DNA of 35,804 nt, taken from positions 1 through 35,804 of the forward strand of contig CAYHSI010000002.1 of NCBI GenBank assembly GCA_964359225.1, in the 5' to 3' direction. The DNA is from an uncultured Anaerolineaceae bacterium (GTDB taxonomy: Bacteria; Chloroflexota; Anaerolineae; Anaerolineales; E44-bin32). Position 1 is the stretch's first letter. Each line of letters begins with the position of its first letter. The translations under genes and the position numbers were made by a program. Of the stretch, positions 8,579-15,018 are shown in pieces. The notes under the pieces are model-generated. The model was not told the DNA's origin, did no database searches, and saw only the letters and a program-made list of their open reading frames with translations.

Positions 8579-9959
8579 GTTCGAACCCCTCGATGCCGGC
8601 GAAAGCTTCCCGTTCCAAATCGGCTTGGAACATGGCTCGGCCCATCTCGCCCCGCAGGCGGCGCAGTTCCCGCAATCCCATGGCGCCCAGCACTTCGAGC
8701 AGCTGATCGCGCCAGGAGGCAATCAAGTTGACGATTCGCTGGGCGCCCCAAGCCACCTCGAAGGGCGGCAGTTGGAATCCCCCTTCCCCTGGCCGCCGCA
8801 ACTCGCCCACAATCCGGGCCTGCAAGGCGATTAGCAGCGCGCTGTCGAGCGCCACCGCGTCCAACCCGGCGATGATGGCCTTTGGAACGTGCTCGGCGGC
8901 CGCGAATCCGCCGCTGCCGATCAGGGTTACCTGCTCCCGCAGGCCGGCCCGGACCAGCTGGTCGTGCGTTTCACGAATCGCGTCTAGCGCGAACTGATCG
9001 GTGCTCCGCCCGTGATAGTCGGCGGCTAGGTGAAACACGCCCACGCCGTGGGCCGCCAGATCCAGTGGGGATTGACCGAGCGGCAGGCGCACCGCGATCA
9101 CTGTGTCGGGCAACGCCGAGTGCAACCGCTGGTACGCCGCGGGATCCCAACCATCGAGCTCAACGAACCCAAAGCGATGCCGCTCCTCCACCAGCCGGTC
9201 CAACTCATGCGGCCTGACGAGTGGAACACAGGCCCCGCCCTCCCTGAGCGCCAGTTCGGTCGGAGCCAACATCAGCGTCTGGAGAGTGCCGGCCGCGTTC
9301 TGCAGTGCCCGAAGCGCGGTCGTCTGGATGGCGAGATCCGGCATCCAATCGAAGAGGATCGGGATCGGAAGAGTGATGACCGGAGGCAGCGGACCGATCA
9401 GATCGCCGGCCGAGTCGAACTCCAGGGCCCGCGGGATGCGGCCGATCGCCACCGCGGTCGAAATGGTCTCCCGCCCATGGATTCCGTCTCGGGTAGGCCG
9501 CACGATCTCGGACATGTCGGTCCACATCCCATCCCAGCCGGAGCCGCCAAACGCACCGCCGTACCCTGCTCCGCGAACCGGGACCCGTCCGGTCGCGGCC
9601 TCGTAGAGCACGGTCGCCACTTTGTCCGGGTCGAAGTAGGAATCGCCAAGTTCGGCGTGAGCTGGATTGGGCAAGATCTGTACGACACTTGGATGTTCGA
9701 CCGTACAGCGTAGACAGCCGACGCACAGCTGCTCCCTGGGCAGGAATCCACCGGTCGGGCCGGAGAACACTCCGTAGACACACGGGCGACTGAGGACCAC
9801 CGGAAGGTCGCCCCGGTAGCGAATCAACTCGCGCAGCAGGAGTCTGGCGAGCTGGACTCGGCTGACTCGAACCTTGAAGCGACTGGGATGTTTTGCGACG
9901 TTGGGTGCCGGAGCGGTTGGGATCCGGTATCTCTCGTACTTCACGAGATCCCGTCCCAT
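8565..9959 (-). CDS. Divergent paralogue of the glutamate synthase FMN-domain protein, with N-terminal ferredoxin-like Cys motif
   Basis: 464 aa. Aligns by eye to the downstream protein: ITLPIPILF vs IRIPIPWYG, LIGSGGFAAAEHVPKAIIAGLDA vs LASGGLRTPDDIAKAIALGADG, WGAQRIVNLI vs WGAERISNLY. It lacks the AQGAKPGxGG and GGTGA motifs. N-terminal CVGCLRCTVEHP (CxxCxxCxxxHP). Confidence 0.75.
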   Translation of the reverse strand: MGRDLVKYERYRIPTAPAPNVAKHPSRFKVRVSRVQLARLLLRELIRYRGDLPVVLSRPCVYGVFSGPTGGFLPREQLCVGCLRCTVEHPSVVQILPNPAHAELGDSYFDPDKVATVLYEAATGRVPVRGAGYGGAFGGSGWDGMWTDMSEIVRPTRDGIHGRETISTAVAIGRIPRALEFDSAGDLIGPLPPVITLPIPILFDWMPDLAIQTTALRALQNAAGTLQTLMLAPTELALREGGACVPLVRPHELDRLVEERHRFGFVELDGWDPAAYQRLHSALPDTVIAVRLPLGQSPLDLAAHGVGVFHLAADYHGRSTDQFALDAIRETHDQLVRAGLREQVTLIGSGGFAAAEHVPKAIIAGLDAVALDSALLIALQARIVGELRRPGEGGFQLPPFEVAWGAQRIVNLIASWRDQLLEVLGAMGLRELRRLRGEMGRAMFQADLEREAFAGIEGFEHGAP

Positions 9960-10275
9960 CCATAAACAAATCCGGCACGCAGGGCGTGCCGAGCTGAAAA
10001 GCAGATCAAGCTGGCCCTCCGATATCCATCAGATCCAATAGGATCTGGCCACAACTTCGGAGGTTGTCCCGTCCGTCACCGGGCGGTTTTGTTCCGGAAG
10101 TCGATTGGAGGGGAGAGCGAAGCCTGTGGCAGGCCTCAGAGGCATCCGCTGAGCGCTCGATCTTCCCCCGGTTTCCCGGGGTTAACCCCACCGTGCGGCG
10201 GGGAACCTCTTCCTCGTCATCTCGGCCCTCGAGCCGAGACTCAGCCGCTATCTCCCGCTATTCAGTTGTCTTCAG
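9960..10275 (-). promoter_or_regulatory. Long structured 5' leader (candidate riboswitch/attenuator, class not recognised)
   Basis: ~315 nt between the predicted promoter and the first CDS. At least six local hairpins, including CCCCGG-GAAA-CCGGGG (GNRA loop). No credible long ORF. Confidence 0.4.
9962..9990 (-). terminator. Intrinsic-terminator-like hairpin (possible attenuator) immediately upstream of the operon start codon
   Basis: Minus-strand RNA GGCACGC-CCU-GCGUGCC (9990-9974) followed by GGAUUUGUUUAU. The U-rich tract ends 2 nt before the ATG at 9959. Confidence 0.45.
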
Positions 10276-10281
10276 CCCGGG

Positions 10282-10310
10282 ATTCTAGCAAACGCCCGCC
10301 CGAGCGTCAA
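10282..10310 (-). promoter_or_regulatory. Sigma70-type promoter for the glutamate-synthase-like operon/leader
   Basis: Minus strand TTGACG (10310-10305), exactly 17 nt, TAGAAT (10287-10282). Begins 7 nt after the stop of the DtxR-like gene. Confidence 0.5.
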
Positions 10311-10316
10311 GCCATG

Positions 10317-11006
10317 CTAAGCCGCGATCTCGCGCTCCACCCACAACTTTCCGGCGATTTCCGCCCCCAGCACGACCTCCCGGTTCCCAAGCCGCAATCG
10401 GATCGGACCGCCAAAGGGGGCCTTCGCTTCCACCCGGAACCCAACTTCCGGGAGCAGCCCTTCCTTGGCGAGATACTCCAGTTTCTCCGAGTCCCGGATC
10501 CGCACCCGGCTGATCGTCCCGTGCTCGCCCTGGGATAGCTCGGTCAGAGGCAAATCCTTGAGGACAGGCAGCTTACCATCCCGGCTTGGAATCGGCTCGC
10601 CATGCGGGCAGCGGCGCGGAAAACCTGCTTTCGCCTCCATCCGGTCTATGAAGTCGCCATCGCCGATCTCGGCCAAATGATCAGCGAGGTCATGGGCCTC
10701 ATGCCAACCGTATTCCATGACTCGGACCAGGAAAGCCTCGCTTAGCCGATGCGATCGGATCTCCCGCAGCGCCTCGACGGCGCCCCGGGGAGTGAGACGA
10801 ACCCCGCGGTAGGGTTCTCGCTCAACCAGCCCGGCTGCTTCCAACCGGCCAAACATGCGAGCCGCTGCCGGGGCCGTGACTTCGACTTCCTCTGCGACCG
10901 CGGAGAGGGAGATAGGGGATTCGTGTCCGCCGAGCCGATACAGGCCCCCCAGATAGTGGGCCATGCTCGCGGACACGTGGGCGGTCTCAATTTTCGAGGA
11001 GCTCAA
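10317..11006 (-). CDS. DtxR/MntR/IdeR-family metal-dependent transcriptional regulator with C-terminal FeoA/SH3-like domain
   Basis: 229 aa. N-terminal winged helix (MAHYLGGLYRL..., VTAPAAARMFGRLEAAGLV), metal-binding/dimerisation region (HRLSEAFL...WHEAHDLADHLAE), and a C-terminal FeoA-like segment. The TTG start at 11006 is uncertain; a GTG 10 codons in is possible. Confidence 0.85.
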   Translation of the reverse strand: MSSSKIETAHVSASMAHYLGGLYRLGGHESPISLSAVAEEVEVTAPAAARMFGRLEAAGLVEREPYRGVRLTPRGAVEALREIRSHRLSEAFLVRVMEYGWHEAHDLADHLAEIGDGDFIDRMEAKAGFPRRCPHGEPIPSRDGKLPVLKDLPLTELSQGEHGTISRVRIRDSEKLEYLAKEGLLPEVGFRVEAKAPFGGPIRLRLGNREVVLGAEIAGKLWVEREIAA

Positions 11007-11066
11007 TGAGGTTTTGAGGTGTGAACCACTGAGTGTGTGCAGTTTACCATAGGCAGCCGGTTTGGC

Positions 11067-12479
11067 TCAGTCAGCGGGCCGCCTCAAGGTCAATTCCAGC
11101 AGGCGTCTGGACTTGCTCGAGGGCCGCGCGATCCGAGACCGATGCAGATCCGGGATCCAAATCAGATCCTCCCCGCTGACCAGTACCGGCCAACGGGCCC
11201 GGGCCAGCTTGGGAACTTTTCGATTGATGAACAGATCCGCAAGCTTAAGCGTGCCGCGCATTCCGACCGGCTGCAGCCGGTCGGAGGGTCGTGGTGCCCG
11301 AAGGACAAGCTTGTCAGGCAGACGGTCGAGGTCAAATCGAACTTGGCCCGCTTGTAGGCCCCGTCGGCCGCTCCGTCGAACCGACCGGAAATCGATCGCC
11401 CAGCGGTTTGCCAGCCTCACGGTACCTGGGATACGAAGTCGTCGATCGGCGGGTGTCCGAAGTTGAGGCAGGTCGGGAAACGCCAGGGGTGCGGTAATGG
11501 TCTTCAGGATCAGGTCACCCCGCAGCGGCAGCAATTCAAGCTGTCCGATCACCGTCTGGCGGCGGCTGTCGCGCAGGCTGGCCAGTCCCCGTTCGATAGC
11601 CTCGAAGCCAATGTCCCGCTGCTCCGGCCGGAGGGTCTGGATTGCCCTTCGCAGCGCGGCCCGCTGTAGGGCCAACGGCGCGGCAAGCAGGCGGTCTCGG
11701 TTCAGCGACAGCGCGCCCGGACCAAGCTCCCGAACCCAGCTGCTCCAGTTGAATTCGACGAGATCGTCCACCAACTCCGTCTCGGCTGCCATCAGCTTGG
11801 CGGTCCGCAGCAGTGCAGCTTCGATGCCCGGACTGTATACCAACAACTGCGGAATCAGTTCGTGGCGCAGTCGATTGCGAAAGAATCGGAGATCCCGGTT
11901 GCTCGGATCGTCCAGAGGCGCGAGTCCGTGTGCCGCGCAGTGGGCGGCGGTCTGGGCCCGCCGCAGCTCCAGCAGGGGCCGGATGACAGTCAAACCCGGA
12001 GCTTTGAGGTTCCCCATCCAGGCGTCCAGCCGAGTGCGCGGCAGCATCCCCCGCAGGCCGGGCGGCCCGGCGCCGCGCAGCAAGTGCATGAGCACGGTCT
12101 CGACTTGATCGTCCGCGGTGTGTCCGACTGCCAGGGTTCGGATCCGGCGCCGGGTGGCGACCCGGGCCAGGAATCGATAACGCTCGATCCGAGCGAGCTG
12201 CTCCGATGACCCTCTGTCCCGGGGAAGATCCATTGCGCCAATCTCCACCGGCAGGCCGTAGGAAGCTGCAAGCTTGCGAACCGTTTCCGCTTCAGAAGCG
12301 CTCTCCGGGCGCAGCCGATGGTCAAAATGAGCCACCACCAGGCGGTAACCGAGACGGTGCAGGCTGTCCATTAGGCAGAGGCTGTCCGCCCCACCAGACA
12401 CTCCGACAACGAGGCGCTGCTTGGGTTCGAGCAGCGCCTCGCGGGCGACATAGTCGCCGATTTGTTGGGTCAGATCCAT
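11067..12479 (-). CDS. tilS: tRNA(Ile)-lysidine synthase
   Basis: 470 aa. N-terminal PP-loop VGVSGGADSLCL, then HFDHRLR and HTADDQVETVLMHLLRG, typical of TilS. Confidence 0.9.
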   Translation of the reverse strand: MDLTQQIGDYVAREALLEPKQRLVVGVSGGADSLCLMDSLHRLGYRLVVAHFDHRLRPESASEAETVRKLAASYGLPVEIGAMDLPRDRGSSEQLARIERYRFLARVATRRRIRTLAVGHTADDQVETVLMHLLRGAGPPGLRGMLPRTRLDAWMGNLKAPGLTVIRPLLELRRAQTAAHCAAHGLAPLDDPSNRDLRFFRNRLRHELIPQLLVYSPGIEAALLRTAKLMAAETELVDDLVEFNWSSWVRELGPGALSLNRDRLLAAPLALQRAALRRAIQTLRPEQRDIGFEAIERGLASLRDSRRQTVIGQLELLPLRGDLILKTITAPLAFPDLPQLRTPADRRLRIPGTVRLANRWAIDFRSVRRSGRRGLQAGQVRFDLDRLPDKLVLRAPRPSDRLQPVGMRGTLKLADLFINRKVPKLARARWPVLVSGEDLIWIPDLHRSRIARPSSKSRRLLELTLRRPAD

Positions 12480-12489
12480 GGAACAGCCG

Positions 12490-12495
12490 ATTATA
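12490..12495 (-). promoter_or_regulatory. Possible -10 element for tilS (near-leaderless)
   Basis: Perfect TATAAT on the minus strand, 10 nt upstream of the tilS ATG. No convincing -35. Confidence 0.3.
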
Positions 12496-12537
12496 CTGCC
12501 GGGGCGACGGCCGTTTTCCTAACATAAGCTTCAAAAA

Positions 12538-12565
12538 TTGGCCTTCGGACACCGCATGGTATAAT
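12538..12565 (+). promoter_or_regulatory. Promoter of the mreB cluster (extended -10)
   Basis: TTGGCC (12538-12543), 16 nt, TATAAT (12560-12565) preceded by TGg (12557-12559). GGAGGGG Shine-Dalgarno at 12584-12590 before the GTG at 12598. Confidence 0.55.
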
Positions 12566-12597
12566 GCCGATCGCCCTTCAGCCGGAGGGGCTTACCC

Positions 12598-13656
12598 GTG
12601 GCTTTCAATCCCCTTAACTGGCTGCTTGGACTATTCTCCCTTGACATCGGAATAGATCTCGGAACTGCGAACACCCTCGTCCACGTTCGCGGTAAGGGGA
12701 TCGTTCTCAACGAACCCTCTTGGGTGGCCATCGAAAAACGGTCCAAGCGACCGCTTTTCATCGGAGCGGAGGCCAAGGAGATGGTCGGCAGGACCCCGGC
12801 GAACGTGATCGCCTTGCGGCCCCTGCGGGACGGCGTGATCTCGGAGTTCGACATCACCGAGGCGATGCTGGAGTACTTCATCGGCAAGGCGCACGAGCAG
12901 AGCATCGCCCCGGTTCCCCGCCCGCGGGTTGTGGTTGGAATCCCCAGTGGAGCCACCGAGGTTGAGAGGCGGGCCGTCTTCGATGCCACAATGGCCGCCG
13001 GTGCCCGAGAGACCTACCTGATTGAAGAGCCGACTGCCGCGGCCCTTGGAGCCGGGTTGCCGATCGGCGAGATCGGCGGATCGATGATCGTGGATATCGG
13101 CGGCGGGACGACCGAGGTGGCGGTCTACTCGCTGGGCGGTATCGTGACGTCTCGCTCGCTGCGGGTCGCCGGGGATGAAATGGACCAGGACATCGTTGGT
13201 TACGTCCGGAACAAACACAACCTGCTAATTGGCGAACGGATGGCCGAGCGGGTCAAGATCACCATGGGTTCGGCCTCCCCGATCAAGGACGAGCAGACCA
13301 TGACCGTCCGGGGGCGAAATCTGGTCAGCGGGCTGCCGCAAGCGGTGGAGCTGTCCTCGATCGAGATCCGGGAGGCGCTTGCCGGCTCGGTCAAGGTCAT
13401 TCTGGAGGTCATGAAGGACGCCATCGACGAGATCCCCCCGGAGATCATCGCCGACCTCATGGAGGTCGGGATCTGCATGGCTGGGGGTGGGTCTCAGCTG
13501 AAGGGACTGGACACCCGGCTTTCCGAGGAACTCAATATGCGAGTGTGGCTGGCGGAGGATCCAATGACCTGCGTGGCCCGCGGCGCCGGCATGATTCTTG
13601 AGAATCTGGAGATCAACCGCCCGTTCCTCGTCAGCCCCGACCGCTCTCCGATTTGA
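12598..13656 (+). CDS. mreB: Rod shape-determining protein MreB (actin-like ATPase)
   Basis: 352 aa. Motifs: DIGIDLGTANTLV, EPTAAALGAG, VDIGGGTTEVAV, GICMAGGGSQLKGLD. GTG start. Confidence 0.95.
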   Translation: MAFNPLNWLLGLFSLDIGIDLGTANTLVHVRGKGIVLNEPSWVAIEKRSKRPLFIGAEAKEMVGRTPANVIALRPLRDGVISEFDITEAMLEYFIGKAHEQSIAPVPRPRVVVGIPSGATEVERRAVFDATMAAGARETYLIEEPTAAALGAGLPIGEIGGSMIVDIGGGTTEVAVYSLGGIVTSRSLRVAGDEMDQDIVGYVRNKHNLLIGERMAERVKITMGSASPIKDEQTMTVRGRNLVSGLPQAVELSSIEIREALAGSVKVILEVMKDAIDEIPPEIIADLMEVGICMAGGGSQLKGLDTRLSEELNMRVWLAEDPMTCVARGAGMILENLEINRPFLVSPDRSPI

Positions 13657-13684
13657 TCGGAGCCTGGTTCGGCCGCCCAGCAAG

Positions 13685-14515
13685 ATGACCCGGCTCTCTT
13701 CCAAGACGCTGCTGGCGAGCGCGTTGATTCTGCTCTCGGCCGCCTTGTTCGTGCTCAATTTGGGTGGATACCTGGGATCGGCCCGGCAGGTCGTCGTTCG
13801 GCCGCTGGCCGGGGCGCAGCAGTGGGTCTCTCAGCGCTACTATGCAGCCCGCGACTTCCTGACTGCTCCGCGGGAGGCCTCCGCTTTACAGGCCCGGATC
13901 GACGAACTCGAGGGTCAGAACGCCGTCCTGCAGGACCAGATCATCGCGCTCCAAGAGCAGGCCGCCGAATCGGAGATCCTGCGAGCGCTCTTGAACTTCG
14001 CCCGGACTAGCCCGGAAAGCCGCTATCTTGCGGTAAGCGTGATCGGGCTTGACCCGAGCCCCTTCGTGCGGTCGATCAGCATCGGCGCCGGCTCTGATCG
14101 AGGACTGGCCTACGGCATGCCGGTCGTCAGCGAGTCCGGCCTGGTGGGGAGGATCGTGGAGGTCAACGCCACCTCCTCTCGGGTCCAACTGATCACCGAC
14201 CCTCAATCGGCCGTCAACGTCCGCCTGCAGGACTCGCGGGCGGAGGGGCTGGTGATCGCCCAGCCAAACAGTGAGTTGCAAGTCGATTTGATCAGCCATG
14301 AAGCTCAGGTCTCCCCGGGAGAGCTGGTCTTGACTTCCGGACTCGGCGGGGTGTTCCCTCCGGACATTCCGGTCGGTCACATCGTGAGCGTGCGGACTCG
14401 AGACTTCGAGCTCTTTCAGCGGGCGGTGCTCCAGCCGATCGTTGACTTCGAAAACCTGGAGATCGTGCTGATCATCACCAATTTCCAACCGGTCGATCAG
14501 GTGCCGACCCCGTGA
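13685..14515 (+). CDS. mreC: Rod shape-determining protein MreC
   Basis: N-terminal TM segment, coiled-coil (LQARIDELEGQNAVLQDQIIALQEQ), and a C-terminal beta-rich domain (GLVGRIVEV..., VLTSGLGGVFPPDIPVG). I prefer the ATG at 13685 over the ORF-track start at 13598, which lies inside mreB. Confidence 0.85.
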   Translation: MTRLSSKTLLASALILLSAALFVLNLGGYLGSARQVVVRPLAGAQQWVSQRYYAARDFLTAPREASALQARIDELEGQNAVLQDQIIALQEQAAESEILRALLNFARTSPESRYLAVSVIGLDPSPFVRSISIGAGSDRGLAYGMPVVSESGLVGRIVEVNATSSRVQLITDPQSAVNVRLQDSRAEGLVIAQPNSELQVDLISHEAQVSPGELVLTSGLGGVFPPDIPVGHIVSVRTRDFELFQRAVLQPIVDFENLEIVLIITNFQPVDQVPTP

Positions 14516-15012
14516 GCCTCTTGCTCGGCCTGGCAGGGATCTCACTGCTTGCTGTGCTGCAAGCCAGTCTGGTCAATCATCTCCGGCTAGTCGACGGGCG
14601 ACCCGATCTCGTTCTGCTGGCGATCACGGCTTGGGCCTTGGCCGGCCATGCCAGGCAGGCGCTGCTGTTTGGCTTCGTCGGGGGGTTGGCCCTGGACCTG
14701 TTCTCCGCAGTCCCGCTCGGCGTAAGCTCGGCCGCCTTGGTACTGGTGGGTGTTATGGTCTCGTACTCGGAAGGACGATTCTGGGGAGTACACCCGCTCA
14801 TGCAGCTAGCGGCAGTGCTGGCGGCCTCCGCGGTTTTCTATGCCGCCCAGCTCTCCAGCCTCTGGGTTGCTGGCCATCCGATCGATCTGCCGCTGGTGCT
14901 CAACCGGATCGTGCTTCCCAGTTTGTTCCTCAACCTGGTGTTGGCACTGCCGACGGCCCAGGCCGCCGAGGCGCTGAGCCGTTTCTTCACCCCGGGCCAG
15001 GTAACCGCCTAA
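14512..15012 (+). CDS. mreD: Rod shape-determining protein MreD
   Basis: 166-aa polytopic hydrophobic protein directly after mreC (GTGA overlap), with a GGLALDL motif. Position and size are typical of MreD. Confidence 0.75.
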   Translation: MSLLLGLAGISLLAVLQASLVNHLRLVDGRPDLVLLAITAWALAGHARQALLFGFVGGLALDLFSAVPLGVSSAALVLVGVMVSYSEGRFWGVHPLMQLAAVLAASAVFYAAQLSSLWVAGHPIDLPLVLNRIVLPSLFLNLVLALPTAQAAEALSRFFTPGQVTA

Positions 15013-15018
15013 CTGCAG

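Noticed and set aside
8579-8722. N-terminal 48-codon extension of the FMN-domain ORF (track start 8722)
   Set aside because: It would overlap the upstream gene by 158 nt, and the extension is Cys/Trp/Ala-rich junk-like sequence. The ATG at 8578 gives a typical short overlap and a sensible N-terminus.
9030-9978. 227-aa (+) and 257-aa (-) alternative-frame ORFs
   Set aside because: They overlap the 464-aa FMN-domain paralogue, which is supported by paralogy to the next gene. The alternatives are low-complexity and Arg/Pro/Ser-rich.
10064-10209. Weak resemblance of the leader to ykkC-family riboswitches (minus-strand AGGUUCC... and ACGGACGGGACAA); subtype 2a ppGpp riboswitches are known upstream of glutamate synthase genes
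   Set aside because: The two elements are ~130 nt apart versus ~60-70 nt in ykkC RNAs. The GGUCCGAGAG core is absent, and the GGGA segment is not closed by the expected P3 helix. I treat it as coincidence unless a covariance model says otherwise.
9960-10316. Stand-alone housekeeping ncRNA (RNase P RNA, SRP RNA, tmRNA, 6S RNA) or a glutamine (glnA) riboswitch in this 357-nt gap
   Set aside because: I could not find the conserved cores on either strand: GGAAAGUCCGGGC / ACAGAACCCGGCUUA for RNase P, GGUCCGGAAGGAAGCAGCC for SRP, the tRNA-like ends of tmRNA, or the glnA-motif ACGGAAGUAGG core. The multi-hairpin layout also does not fit a single long 6S helix.
10064-10538. 74-aa and 149-aa plus-strand ORFs in or near the leader region
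   Set aside because: They have no Shine-Dalgarno or promoter and are low-complexity Pro/Ser/Arg-rich. The longer one runs antisense into the DtxR-like gene.
13598-13684. Longer mreC start at 13598
   Set aside because: It lies 59 nt inside mreB, and the extra residues are Arg/Ser-rich without MreC character. The ATG at 13685 gives the expected short cytoplasmic stub plus TM helix.
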